This document shows positions 46,533-57,127 of a stretch of DNA of 64,000 bases, piece after piece (within the stretch, counting starts at the first letter, position 1; each line of letters starts with the position of its first letter). The DNA lies in NCBI GenBank assembly GCA_965219915.1, contig OZ244794.1, positions 579,343-643,342 on the forward strand. The letters are read 5' to 3'. Source of the DNA: Rhodothermales bacterium. Its GTDB lineage: Bacteria; Bacteroidota; Rhodothermia; Rhodothermales; Bin80. Below the pieces are notes generated by a model. That model made no database searches. It was not told where the DNA came from and worked only from the letters and a program-made list of their open reading frames with translations. Both the position numbers and the translations under genes were made by a program.

Positions 46533-48035
46533 TCAACTGTTTTCCAGTTCTTCTACGTGATCCCTCAAAATCTGCAGCGCCACATCTATGTCATTGAGAT
46601 GCGTCCGGAATGAACCAACAGCCAATCGCAGGACGGTCCTGCTGTGAATGCGTGTTGAAGTCATAAAAACTCGTCCATCTTTATGCAGGTTGCGCACCAG
46701 TTTCTGGTTGAATAGGTTGGCATCCCCTCTTTTGGGGACATACCGATAAGTAATTATAGACAAATCAGGACGTGATCCAACTTGAAATCCGTCAAAGGTT
46801 TGGATGCGTTCGTAAGCGTATCGAGCCAGGTGGATTTTCTCTGACAGTGCTGCGCGGAACGGGGCCACCCCAAGAAGCTTCAATGGCAACCACATGCGTA
46901 GTCCACGAAAATGCTTTGACAACTCTGGTGACAGGTAAGCCGGTGAGAGTTCGTGCGCATCCGAGTCCATATCAAGCATGTAGACTCCACGGCTTCCGTG
47001 GGCCGCTCCAAGAACATTCCGGTCGCGCACCAGAAGAGCGCCCGTACCGAAAGGTAAAAAGAGTGTCTTGTGTGGATCCAGAACAAGCGAGTCGGATTTG
47101 TCCATGCCGGACAAAACTGTTTGACCTTCAGGGCAAAGTGCAAAGAACGCACCGTAAGCGCCATCAACATGTAACCAGAGGTTGTGTGCGCGAGCAATTG
47201 AGGCGATGTCTTCCAACGGATCAACCATCCCCGTATTGGTTGTTCCGGCAGAGGCAACAATCAACCAGGGATTCAATCCGGCCGCTTTATCGGCGATGAT
47301 TCTTTTCTCGAGTGCGTCGGCTGACATTCGGCAGTGGCCGTCCTCGCCAACTTTACGCCGCACACAATTTCCCATACCAGCTATCCGAAGTGCTTTGTCA
47401 ACGCAGTGATGCGTGTGTTTGGTCAGGTAAACAATTGCCCGATCATAGTCCGCGCTGCGGAGCCCATGCGCTTCACGCGCCGTGATGATGCCGGACAAAT
47501 TGGCAATACTCCCACCGGATGCAAGGTATCCCCCAGCGTCTTTTGGATATCCAACAACTTCTGCCATCCATCGAACAAGCATGTTCTCCATGCGGACTGC
47601 ACCCGGGGCGGAATGAAACACGCCGGCATATCGCCCCCCAATGGCTGCGAGAAAATCTCCAAATGCGGAATGTACCAGCCCACCAGCCGGGATGTAGCCG
47701 AGGTACCGGGGAGATCCTGAGTTTAATCCTTTATGGTCGACATGGTCATATAGCAGTTGCAATACCGCTTCCAGTGATATTCCCGTTTCTGTAATGGGCG
47801 ATGACAGCAAACCAATGCTTCGGTCTTTCGAATCAACGAAGGCGGGCGTTTTATCAACATTTGAAATATGCTGACGGGCGTATTCTTCAACTTTGGAGAA
47901 AAGGCTATCCAATTGCTGCGCGTTGGGTTCCAGTACGCCGGCTCGACGTTCAAGCTCGGCCAAGAGCTTGTAGTTAACTGGGAAATCGGCGTTGGTATTG
48001 GATTGAATTTTCGTATTCTTTACAGTTCTGAGCAT
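46533..48035 (-). CDS. PLP-dependent group II decarboxylase (aromatic amino acid/glutamate decarboxylase family)
   Basis: GGSIANL, HVDGAYGAF, and SLVLDPHKTLF containing the PLP lysine. Confidence 0.85.
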   Translation of the reverse strand: MLRTVKNTKIQSNTNADFPVNYKLLAELERRAGVLEPNAQQLDSLFSKVEEYARQHISNVDKTPAFVDSKDRSIGLLSSPITETGISLEAVLQLLYDHVDHKGLNSGSPRYLGYIPAGGLVHSAFGDFLAAIGGRYAGVFHSAPGAVRMENMLVRWMAEVVGYPKDAGGYLASGGSIANLSGIITAREAHGLRSADYDRAIVYLTKHTHHCVDKALRIAGMGNCVRRKVGEDGHCRMSADALEKRIIADKAAGLNPWLIVASAGTTNTGMVDPLEDIASIARAHNLWLHVDGAYGAFFALCPEGQTVLSGMDKSDSLVLDPHKTLFLPFGTGALLVRDRNVLGAAHGSRGVYMLDMDSDAHELSPAYLSPELSKHFRGLRMWLPLKLLGVAPFRAALSEKIHLARYAYERIQTFDGFQVGSRPDLSIITYRYVPKRGDANLFNQKLVRNLHKDGRVFMTSTRIHSRTVLRLAVGSFRTHLNDIDVALQILRDHVEELENS

Positions 48036-48324
48036 GATATCCTTTATGATTTTATGTTGTGTGAGGTCTTATACTCCGAGCCCAACGGCAGCACAGGAGT
48101 AGAACTCTGGTATTCACCGGAGAGCTTGGCTTCCGGGGATATTAGCAAACAAGTGACGCACGGCAACTTCTCACACGCTGGGGTTCACCTCTCTTGGGAT
48201 GCTGCTAGATCAACGCTGTTGGGAAAGAGCGCAGTAGTCCAGCGGGAAGCATTCCTCCAGTCCGACGACAGTTCAATATACGCAGATCAGGACTAAAAGC
48301 TTCATACCACGAAGACTAAATTTT

Positions 48325-48969
48325 ATGGATAGAAAAATCCTCACCGACAGGATAGTTGAGGCCGGTGCAATCGCTATCGTGCGTGTTAGGGAAACGTTGT
48401 CGCTGGAGCCCGCGGCAGAGGCCCTTGTTCGTGGTGGAATTACAGTACTTGAAGTTACATGCACGACCCCGAATGCGCTTCCCACAATTGAAGCCTTGAG
48501 GCGGTCTTACGGAATGGATCTATTGATTGGGGCAGGGTCTGTGATTACTGAACAGCAGGTAAAAGATGTTGTCTCGGCGGGTGCATGCTTTGTTGTCAGT
48601 CCGGTCACAAAGAAAAGTGTAATTGATGCTGCACACGCCTTTGATCTACCAGTTCTGCCGGGTGCACTGACTCCAACTGAAGCACAGGTGGCTGATGATC
48701 TTGGGGCGGATATGGTAAAAATCTTCCCTGCAGGGCAGTTGGGTTTCAGTTATGTGAAAGCACTTCTGGCCCCGTTACCACACTTGAAATTGGTACCTAC
48801 AGGAGGTGTTACGCCTGAGAATGCCGGAAAGTGGATTCGCAGCGGAGCTGCGGCAGTAGGGATTGGCAGTGCGCTGGTCGACGTAGCAGCGATTCGAAGT
48901 GGCCAGCTTTCCGTGCTTACGGAACGGGCGTCCGTTCTGTGTGCAAGTATCGCTGAAGCCCGGCAGTAA
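48325..48969 (+). CDS. eda: KDPG / 4-hydroxy-2-oxoglutarate aldolase
   Basis: ITVLEVT, GAGSV, FVVSP, LPGALTPTE, VKIFPA (Schiff-base Lys) and VPTGGV. Confidence 0.85.
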   Translation: MDRKILTDRIVEAGAIAIVRVRETLSLEPAAEALVRGGITVLEVTCTTPNALPTIEALRRSYGMDLLIGAGSVITEQQVKDVVSAGACFVVSPVTKKSVIDAAHAFDLPVLPGALTPTEAQVADDLGADMVKIFPAGQLGFSYVKALLAPLPHLKLVPTGGVTPENAGKWIRSGAAAVGIGSALVDVAAIRSGQLSVLTERASVLCASIAEARQ

Positions 48970-49759
48970 GTTCGATAAGGGCAGGCATCCGGCTACGACC
49001 ATAGCGTGGTAAATTTGGTGAGCTCAACGGCAACGGGTTGTTCGGAGAACAGAGAGGAACCACCCATTTTCCGATCTCGTGACTGAGCCGGTATATTGGA
49101 CATCTGAGTCGCCATGTGTCTGCAGGTTTCTGGACGAAGCCGTTGGACGGCAGCTTCGATTTGACCCAAGACCGCGAAAATCGAATTCGCAAAGTCTACT
49201 GTGAACCAGTGCAAATCCCATTTGAAGACCTGTCACAGTGCGCTATCAGTTCGTTTTGCGTGTGCTGGCAGGTGATCGAATTGGCGCTTCGTGCTTCACA
49301 GCGCATCTTCATTGAGGCGGAGCAGCGAGCTGCGAGGCCTCAATGAAAACAACTTTTCACCGTGAAACTCTAGGAAACCTGCAACGGTAAAAACTTTTGT
49401 CGTCAACTGCAGAGAGTTTTGTCGCTCAACAACCTGCCCGAACTCTCGCTTGGCTTCCATTACTACACGCATGGCAACAAAAGAGCGAATGTGCAGGCTT
49501 AAACGCCCAAATCAGATCCCTTAGCCCCAAATTACCGCCAGATTCACAAATTCATCGCTTCCCCTAAACTTACTGTTTCTGCGCGATGACCGCCCCACGA
49601 CGCACTAAATCCTGATCAACCCACCAAAAACAACCCAATCTGCCCCCAAATACCCGAATTCATCATATAATCCCATGACCAAAATCATTTTCTGTCAAGC
49701 ACTATCTTAACTTGTCCTGATTTTTGTCCTACAATTTGGGAAACACTTCAACCAGTACA

Positions 49760-50461
49760 ATGGAGCAGGTAGCACTGGACCAAACCATTTGTGCTTACTA
49801 CGAGCAGGGTGCTCGCAGTCCGCACTCTCGATACCGCTCCTGGGAGCACTGCCACGGGTTCTTCCAAGAGCACCACAAGGAGCTTCTAGAGGTAAAGAAC
49901 GATGCTGCTCTCCATCTGGGTTTCTACCTCGCGAGCTGGGGTATGTATCGAGGTTCGAGCTTCCTCTTGCAGCATACGTACACGGTCCACGTGCACGTCA
50001 TCAATGCCTTGGCGTCACCTCAGTTCAGGAACCTCTGGCAACATGACGTCGGCAGTCATGATGACGATGTAAAACTCGCATCGACCATTATGGACCTAGT
50101 GACGTCGGTTAAGGCTGCGTATGGGCAATTAGGGAGGCCGACAGATACGCTGACCACGAAGATCTTGCTGGGAACAATAGGCTGCCTCCCGGCCTGCGAT
50201 CGCTTTTTCATCAAAGGTTTCGGGGTGCAGGGGTTTAAATACTCTTCTCTGAATAAACTCTTCATCGATCGTATCCTACGGTATTGCATCGACAGTCGGC
50301 AGGAACTGGCTAGGCTACAGTCCAAGATCATTGATCGTGGTGGCCCTCATTATCCGCTCATGAAGCTGGTGGACATGCATTTTTGGCAGATCGGGTTCGA
50401 TCTACAAAATCAAAAAAAGACCAAGGGATCTGATTCCATTGAAAGAATCAGGTCGTCATAA
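49760..50461 (+). CDS. Hypothetical protein (conserved-looking, unassigned family)
   Basis: The ORF track starts at a TTG at 49724; the first ATG is at 49760 (MEQVALDQ...). Well-formed blocks are RYRSWEHCHGFF, LHLGFYLASWGMYRGSSFLL, KILLGTIGCLPACDRFF and YPLMKLVDMHFWQIG. I cannot name the family. Confidence 0.6.
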   Translation: MEQVALDQTICAYYEQGARSPHSRYRSWEHCHGFFQEHHKELLEVKNDAALHLGFYLASWGMYRGSSFLLQHTYTVHVHVINALASPQFRNLWQHDVGSHDDDVKLASTIMDLVTSVKAAYGQLGRPTDTLTTKILLGTIGCLPACDRFFIKGFGVQGFKYSSLNKLFIDRILRYCIDSRQELARLQSKIIDRGGPHYPLMKLVDMHFWQIGFDLQNQKKTKGSDSIERIRSS

Positions 50462-51346
50462 CGATAAGGCAAGGCCCATAGCCCCCAGTACACCAGCTTT
50501 ATTTCCCAATCCAGGGGGCACGATGTAGTGATCAATCCCGTGTAGGATTGTGTCGGCTTGGACGTAACCATTCAAATGTGACTGTACACGGGAACGGATA
50601 GCCGTGAACAAGTGCTCCTGTTGCATCACTCCACCTCCCATGATGACACGCTCGGGGGATAACGTCAGAATTAAATTTGTGACTGCGAGCGAGAGATAAT
50701 GCGCCTCAAATTCCCATGCTGTATGATCTGGTGGTAAAGATTCCGCAGGGATTCCCCAGCGCGCTTTGATCGCGGGCCCGGAAGCCATACCTTCCAGGCA
50801 TGGACCATGAAAGGGACAATGTCCTTTGAAGTCATCTCCCTTTGCACGTGGCAAAATGAGATGTCCCATTTCCGGATGTACGAGTCCTTGAACAGGCTGA
50901 CCATTCACTAGCGCTCCACCCCCAAAACCCGTCCCAATCGTAAGATAGAGGAGGTTTTGCGTCCCCTGTCCCGCTCCCCATAAGTATTCGCCGACGGCAG
51001 CACCATTGACGTCCGTATCAAAGGCAACAGGTCGTTGCAAATCTCGTGCAATCCGTCCTGCCAAGTCTGTGTTCGACCAGCCTGTTTTCGGGGTACTGGT
51101 GATAAAGCCATAGGACTCTGAGTCCGGTCGCACATCAGCGGGACCGAATGTTGCGATTCCGATGGCGTCTGGCAAATGGGGTTGCGAACGAAAGAAATCC
51201 AACGTGCAGCCGAGTGTGTCCCGGGGAGTCGTAGTAGGGAATTGCTCCAAGGCATGAATGTTATCCGGCGGGTACCCGATGGCACAGACAAACTTCGTGC
51301 CTCCCGCTTCTATGCCTCCCAGGAGAGGGGTTGATGTGTGCGTCAA
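50456..51346 (-). CDS. ROK family sugar kinase (fructokinase-like)
   Basis: GIEAGGTKFVCAIG, LTIGTGFGGG, and the zinc-site context HPEMGH ... CPFHGPC. Confidence 0.85.
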   Translation of the reverse strand: MTHTSTPLLGGIEAGGTKFVCAIGYPPDNIHALEQFPTTTPRDTLGCTLDFFRSQPHLPDAIGIATFGPADVRPDSESYGFITSTPKTGWSNTDLAGRIARDLQRPVAFDTDVNGAAVGEYLWGAGQGTQNLLYLTIGTGFGGGALVNGQPVQGLVHPEMGHLILPRAKGDDFKGHCPFHGPCLEGMASGPAIKARWGIPAESLPPDHTAWEFEAHYLSLAVTNLILTLSPERVIMGGGVMQQEHLFTAIRSRVQSHLNGYVQADTILHGIDHYIVPPGLGNKAGVLGAMGLALSL

Positions 51347-51712
51347 AACGGCAAAAAATCAGTGGGTTATGTATATGAGTACCCAATCGCGGTGAAATAG
51401 GTCATGTGATTAGCGGCATTGCACGTGTGGCCTGTGTCCGGAAGTACGAGACCTGCACGGCGAGAGACGCAGTATCAATCACTTGGTAACCTGTAACGAT
51501 GACATGACGGCAACTATGCAAAAGGGACTCATATTTCGTGGGGCGATAAGGATCTCTGATGGAATTGTCTGTCCCCAATAGTAGGTAAGTGGCTATAGAG
51601 CTATCCTTCGGGGCCGAACCCGCCGGTAGGGTAGCCAAGAATGTCCTGCCTCCCGTGAATACTCCTATCCCGACCACAAACGAGATGATGAGCCAGAGGG
51701 CCCTGTGTGTGC

Positions 51713-52816
51713 CTAGGGATTTGCATCCGTGGGCGGGACAAATTTATGGCGAAGGACTAAAGGATTGCCGACGTCTCCATCTGGCAGTATCTCATTGTCA
51801 GCCATGCGGTAGATATAGCCGTTAGCAGCCGCTTTAGGCCAAAATGGAACTACGGCCGTGCGGGCGGGGAATGCTCCCACGTTGCTGACCACCGCGATGC
51901 CCGAGTGCAGTAACACATCTGGTAGACGCCATTCTATCGGCAGCCCAATGTAAACGATCATGCGAGTGGTGCTATCGATAGAATATATTCCTGAATTGTT
52001 TGGATACTCATGGATCTCGTCTCGCCTGGCTAGCAAGTCTGTCCCGGGCTTCCCAATGTCCCGGACCCGCTTGGTGAAAAATACTGGATCAACCTGGGCG
52101 GCATTACCACGGTTAAATACCGGCAAAGCATCGGACCATTCGACATATTTGTAGTACGGGCCATCTGCAAAGCACGCCATCGATCGCCCTCGCAAGCCCT
52201 TAAAGAGTACGTTAAGCCGCGGGAATTCAGGCTTCTCAATCTGCCATGTGTCCAGCATCTCCAAGTCGCGTGTTACAGCATGGACCTCGGGCTTGAAGTA
52301 CGGTATATAACTTGACTGCATGAGAACGGAGTCCCCAATTGCGCAGGCTCCCTCTATGCCAATAGGGTGGCGAATTTCGGTCGCTGTGCAATCACCTGAC
52401 TCGTCTATGACTGCAACCAACCCGTTACCACCCAAAAGCATAACTCTTCCGCCGCCTATAAACCGCGCCAAATTAACACGCTTGCCGGTGTGATCAGGCT
52501 GACAGGTGCCGATTAAGTACGTCTGAATGTGCTTCCCAGAAGCCGAAAAATGATGCACGCTCCTTGAGATTTCATCGGTGATCAGCAAATTTCCTTCTCG
52601 GCTCACATCCAGGAAGTCGACAGTTCCGACTACAACTTCGGAGTCCAAGCGAATCGTGTCCGGGGATGCGAATAGATCACCAAATGGCGCAATAGGTGAC
52701 TCCACGATATTCCGCGTTGGCGAATCAGAAGTGGCGCAGCCGGCTGCCACCACCATTGCAACCGCCAGAATAGTCCCCGGCCTCAGGTCGAGATAAATCG
52801 GGGCACTCCACTTCAT
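51713..52816 (-). CDS. Lipoprotein, probable 6-bladed beta-propeller family
   Basis: VVAAGCATS is the lipobox. The ~370-aa size and repeated hydrophobic-strand pattern fit the family. The assignment is tentative. Confidence 0.5.
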   Translation of the reverse strand: MKWSAPIYLDLRPGTILAVAMVVAAGCATSDSPTRNIVESPIAPFGDLFASPDTIRLDSEVVVGTVDFLDVSREGNLLITDEISRSVHHFSASGKHIQTYLIGTCQPDHTGKRVNLARFIGGGRVMLLGGNGLVAVIDESGDCTATEIRHPIGIEGACAIGDSVLMQSSYIPYFKPEVHAVTRDLEMLDTWQIEKPEFPRLNVLFKGLRGRSMACFADGPYYKYVEWSDALPVFNRGNAAQVDPVFFTKRVRDIGKPGTDLLARRDEIHEYPNNSGIYSIDSTTRMIVYIGLPIEWRLPDVLLHSGIAVVSNVGAFPARTAVVPFWPKAAANGYIYRMADNEILPDGDVGNPLVLRHKFVPPTDANP

Positions 52817-52831
52817 CGGAGCATCCCCCGG

Positions 52832-54685
52832 TCAGCTGGCGTTGGTTGCATCCACGAGAATGCGTGTCATGCGCGCAACGAATGCAGAGGGTTCTGAAAG
52901 GTTACCATCCATCAAGAGTGCTCCTTCGTACACTTGTTCAATAGCTTCCTCAACTAGGTTGGATTGTTTTTTCCCAGAGTTCAGTGCCAGAATATTTTTC
53001 ATGAGTGGGTGCTCCACATTGACTTCCAGGACCTTTTTTGCTCCCTCATAGTCTGGATTCATGGATTTCATCATGCGCTCCATCTGCGGGTCCATTCCAT
53101 CTTTGGATGTCACCAGTGTCGCAGCAGAATCCACTAGGCGTTTGGATGCAGCCACATCCTGTATCCGGTCGCCCAACTGAACGCGAAAGAGCTTGAGGAG
53201 GGTATCAGTATCATCATCGGGCAGTGAGACGTCTTCCAGATCATCACCAAGATCAAGGTCCGTCCCGGTGATACTCGTAAATGACTTTCCTTCAAAATCC
53301 CCCATGCTTGGCAGCGTTAGTGTATCAACGGGGTCTGGAAGGAGTAATACCTCAATACCCTTGCGAGCGAAGACCTCGAGATGAGGGCTGGTGCGAGCGG
53401 ACTCGAGGGAATCAGACAAGAGGTAGTAGATATTTTCCTGATCCTCAGGCATGCGCTCAACGTAGTCCTTGAGTGCAGTTAAGCTCCTGCCGTCTGAGTG
53501 GGTCGAATAGTACCGCATGAGCTCCAGGAGCTCATCGCGTCGGTCGTAGTCGCTCCAAAATCCAGCTTTGAGAATTCCACCAAAGTTGCCAAAGAACTTA
53601 TCATATAGCTCCTCCTCATCAGAGGTCCAGTCTTTTAGAAGGCCGAGAATCTTGTTGATGAGAGTAGAGCGGATTCGCTGGGCGGCACGACTGTTCTGGG
53701 TAACCTCCCTGGATACATTCAATGGAAGGTCATCCGTATCTACCACCCCTTTTACAAACTGTAGATAATCCGGCAACAACTCCTGCGCATCGTCTCGAAC
53801 GAATACCCCTGAGCAGTAAAGATGAAGACCGCGTTGATTCTCTTGCTGGAAGATGGGTGCGGAGGGTTGTGAGGGGATGAAAAGGAGTGCACCAAACGAA
53901 ACCAGTCCCTCAATCTGCAGGTGTAAATGCCCGATAGGCTCCGAGTAATCGGCCGTCAGGAACTTGTAAAACTCGTTACGCTCTTCATCCGTGATTTCGT
54001 CCTTGCGTTTTCTCCATAGCGCTTTGATTGTATTTGCCTGCTCAGAGCCCAGGATGATTGGGAAATCCACGAAATTTGAGTACTTCCGAATGATCGACCG
54101 TACGCGGAGCTCCGTCGCAAAATCTTTGGCGTCCTCCTTTAGGTGTAGTTTGACATTGGTCCCATGCTCACTACGGATGCCTGGACTTATTGAATACGTA
54201 CCTGCACCATCACTGCTCCAGTTCAGCGATTCGGCTTCTTCACCGGCATGCAGCGTTTCGATCTCTATTTTATCGGCTACCATGAAGGCAGAATAGAAGC
54301 CCACGCCAAACTTTCCGATCATGTCGGCATCAACTTTTTTACCGGCTGCTTTCTGCTCCTCAATAAAGGCCAGCGTACCACTACTTGCAACGGTTCCAAG
54401 TCGGTTGATCAGATCATCGCGTGTCATGCCAATCCCGGTGTCCTCGATGGATAGGGTATTGGCCTCCTCGTCCACAGTGATAGTAATCCGTAGGTCTTTC
54501 TTGTCACCTTCGGAATGGTCAGTCAGCTGACGAATGCGGGCCTTGTTGAGTGCATCCGATGCATTGGAGATTAGTTCTCGCAAGAAAATCTCCTGGTTGG
54601 TGTAAAGCGAATTAACGATGAGATGCAGCAACTGCTGCATCTCAGCCTTGTACTCGAATTGTTGAGATTGTGTGGTTTCCGCCAT
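52832..54685 (-). CDS. htpG: Molecular chaperone HtpG (Hsp90)
   Basis: FEYKAEMQQLLHLIVNSLYTNQEIFLRELISNASDA, IGKFGVGFYSAFMVA and full-length colinearity with Hsp90. Confidence 0.95.
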   Translation of the reverse strand: MAETTQSQQFEYKAEMQQLLHLIVNSLYTNQEIFLRELISNASDALNKARIRQLTDHSEGDKKDLRITITVDEEANTLSIEDTGIGMTRDDLINRLGTVASSGTLAFIEEQKAAGKKVDADMIGKFGVGFYSAFMVADKIEIETLHAGEEAESLNWSSDGAGTYSISPGIRSEHGTNVKLHLKEDAKDFATELRVRSIIRKYSNFVDFPIILGSEQANTIKALWRKRKDEITDEERNEFYKFLTADYSEPIGHLHLQIEGLVSFGALLFIPSQPSAPIFQQENQRGLHLYCSGVFVRDDAQELLPDYLQFVKGVVDTDDLPLNVSREVTQNSRAAQRIRSTLINKILGLLKDWTSDEEELYDKFFGNFGGILKAGFWSDYDRRDELLELMRYYSTHSDGRSLTALKDYVERMPEDQENIYYLLSDSLESARTSPHLEVFARKGIEVLLLPDPVDTLTLPSMGDFEGKSFTSITGTDLDLGDDLEDVSLPDDDTDTLLKLFRVQLGDRIQDVAASKRLVDSAATLVTSKDGMDPQMERMMKSMNPDYEGAKKVLEVNVEHPLMKNILALNSGKKQSNLVEEAIEQVYEGALLMDGNLSEPSAFVARMTRILVDATNAS

Positions 54686-54699
54686 TAGGGTATTATCGG

Positions 54700-55584
54700 T
54701 TACTCTCCGGTCAATGACGACTGGTCAGGGAAAAGTTGGTTCAATCGACTCTCGTAAACCCTGTAGGTAAATTGACTGCCGCCGGATGTGATAGCTATCG
54801 CAGACTCGGCGGGCGTTGCCTGGACAGACGAAGTCGTGTTTGTACTGGTTGAAAAATCAATACGATAGTTGGAGTCTGTCAGGATCTGCACCGGAATATC
54901 ATCAAAGAATCCATCTGCGCTCAAAGGGGAGAACCGCCGAATCCAGTTGGTTACCTGCAGGCTGTCTCCTGGTTGGCCGTTGACCATCCACACTCCATTA
55001 TTGAGGGATACTTCGTAACTGTCGTCTGGACGAGTCACCCGAGCGGACATGACAGTACCAGTCCCAAGATCAAGAATTCGGCGGTCCCGCCATCGATCAA
55101 GGTCCTGGCTTACAGTTATTCGTCCGTTTGTTGAATAGACATTGGGGTCATCTCCGATTTGGACGTAAATGGACATATAGTCCCGCCCCTGTCTGGAAAT
55201 CACGAGGTCCTCAGCACCGTCTGGCCATGAAAGGCTCACAGTGGTGGCGGTTGAATCAATGCCGTAAATGCCGTAGCGATCGGGGTTGCTGGTCACACGG
55301 TTGTCGAGCGACAGATCTTCCAGCTCACTTAGTAGGCGTGCAACAGTCACCGAATCGGCTGGCATATCTACAGGTTCACGCGTGAACCATTGCAAGCCCT
55401 GTTTTTCCACGGTGAGTGCTATATCCGGTAGGGTGACGGATATATGAGTGACTTCACTGGTTGGGAGATCAAGTTCTGGTACATCAACGTTGCTCGGATT
55501 CCGATCAAATACACCGGAAATCCAGGCAATAATCAGGAGCACAACCAGTGTGCCACCGAGCACAAGAGTTTGCTTATGCTGCAT
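54700..55584 (-). CDS. DUF4340 domain protein
   Basis: An N-terminal anchor and its position directly after a GldG-like gene; the sequence pattern is typical of DUF4340. Confidence 0.6.
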   Translation of the reverse strand: MQHKQTLVLGGTLVVLLIIAWISGVFDRNPSNVDVPELDLPTSEVTHISVTLPDIALTVEKQGLQWFTREPVDMPADSVTVARLLSELEDLSLDNRVTSNPDRYGIYGIDSTATTVSLSWPDGAEDLVISRQGRDYMSIYVQIGDDPNVYSTNGRITVSQDLDRWRDRRILDLGTGTVMSARVTRPDDSYEVSLNNGVWMVNGQPGDSLQVTNWIRRFSPLSADGFFDDIPVQILTDSNYRIDFSTSTNTTSSVQATPAESAIAITSGGSQFTYRVYESRLNQLFPDQSSLTGE

Positions 55585-55592
55585 GAGTCAGG

Positions 55593-57110
55593 TTACTTCA
55601 ATACTACGATTTGTCTTGCACGTCGCTTGCGCCAGCGCGCAATTCCAAAAATGACCACAATCAACAACGGTCCAAGCATGTTGGCATATTTGATGAGTGG
55701 CCGCGAGTCTTCAGATATATCGCGCAGCGTGCGTGGTTCGATAGATTTTGAGCGAATGCTCAGGAGTGCATCATCCTGGGCGAGCCAGTCTACCAAGTTC
55801 AATCCAAACTGGGCATTACCTCCCTGTGGGGGTATGACCGATTCGTTCACAAAGTCGCCGTCTCCGACGACGACCAGGCGCGTTGGCATCCCGGTGCGTC
55901 CAGGTTCATAAGCACTTGGAAAACTGCCGATAAAGGCGGCCCCCAGCAGGTATGGTCCGCCAGCCAATGTTGCGGAGGTCTGTGTTGGCTGCAACATAAA
56001 GAATCCTTGCTGTAGGCCGCTCTGGGGGGACGAATAAATGAGGGGTTCGCGCGTCACGCCACTTGGCAGTACTGCGCTTGTGTCTACAGAACTGACGAAA
56101 TAAAAAACGATATCCTGCAGACGATTGACCATCTGGTTTTCTGTGTTGAAACGAGATGCAACCGGGAAGAGCGGATACTGGATTTGCTGCGAAATATTGA
56201 AAAAGCCCTGGCGCCGCTGCACATTGACGACGGAGCTTTGCTCATCCATAATGAGGTTGGGCATAAGCACAATCCCGTAATTGGCGAGTAGCGGTTCGAG
56301 GCCAGTAAACAGTTCGACCGCCTGCCCGGACTGTAAGTTGGCGGCCACGCGATTGAGCAGAAATCCAACGCGCCCGCCTTCCATGATGTAACTGTCGAGT
56401 GCCCTCAGGTCAGGTTCGGGGATCGTATCGGTTGGCGCAACGATAACCAGCACATCGGGCCTGTCTTCGCCTTGTAGGTCCAATCCTGTTACCGCTTGCA
56501 CATTGTAATTGGTCGCGAGGTTCTGTTGCAGTAGTGGCATATTCTGCATCAGATCGGGCTCTCCGTGGTCCGTCCAGAATCCAGCTGTCGGCTTTTCTGC
56601 CCGCGTCAGTCGCCGAATCGCACTAGTCAGATCGTACTCGAGTCTTGAAAGATCCTGAATTACTGGAATTGACTCACGGTTGTTTTCGTACTCAATTGCT
56701 ACACCCATATAGGCGTTTTTTAGCTGTACGTTATCACTTTCAATGACCTGAATCTGTACAGGTGGAATACCCAGGCGGGTTGCTTCTGCACGAATATCTT
56801 CATCCTCTCCCGGATCAATGAATTCGTATGCCACATTCTGTCCGCCGTATGCACGGTAATCATTCAGCTTATCTCTCAGAAATCGCCGATTGGATGCGAA
56901 TTGAGCGGGCAGGTCAGCGCTGAAATAGGCTTTGATCGTGACCGGATCTTCCAGATTTTCAACAATTTCTTTGGATGCACGCGAGAGCGAGTAAACGCGG
57001 TCGTCTGTTAGATCCAGGCGTCCGAAGAAGTTCAGGCCGATCAGGTTTACCACTACCAGGATCGCAGCGGCAAGAATCAGTGTAGTTTGTGAAGAAAAAT
57101 CTCGTTTCAT
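55593..57110 (-). CDS. GldG-family ABC transporter accessory protein
   Basis: There are N- and C-terminal TM anchors. DRVYSLS and VVVGDGDF blocks are typical of PF09822/GldG. Confidence 0.8.
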   Translation of the reverse strand: MKRDFSSQTTLILAAAILVVVNLIGLNFFGRLDLTDDRVYSLSRASKEIVENLEDPVTIKAYFSADLPAQFASNRRFLRDKLNDYRAYGGQNVAYEFIDPGEDEDIRAEATRLGIPPVQIQVIESDNVQLKNAYMGVAIEYENNRESIPVIQDLSRLEYDLTSAIRRLTRAEKPTAGFWTDHGEPDLMQNMPLLQQNLATNYNVQAVTGLDLQGEDRPDVLVIVAPTDTIPEPDLRALDSYIMEGGRVGFLLNRVAANLQSGQAVELFTGLEPLLANYGIVLMPNLIMDEQSSVVNVQRRQGFFNISQQIQYPLFPVASRFNTENQMVNRLQDIVFYFVSSVDTSAVLPSGVTREPLIYSSPQSGLQQGFFMLQPTQTSATLAGGPYLLGAAFIGSFPSAYEPGRTGMPTRLVVVGDGDFVNESVIPPQGGNAQFGLNLVDWLAQDDALLSIRSKSIEPRTLRDISEDSRPLIKYANMLGPLLIVVIFGIARWRKRRARQIVVLK

Positions 57111-57127
57111 GACTCAGCAGTCTCAAT

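Noticed and set aside
48917-49236. Three overlapping minus-strand ORFs (91, 73 and 70 aa) and a 76-aa plus-strand ORF lie in the eda-downstream gap.
   Set aside because: They mutually overlap in different frames, one runs into eda, and none has a motif. At most they are debris of a decayed gene.
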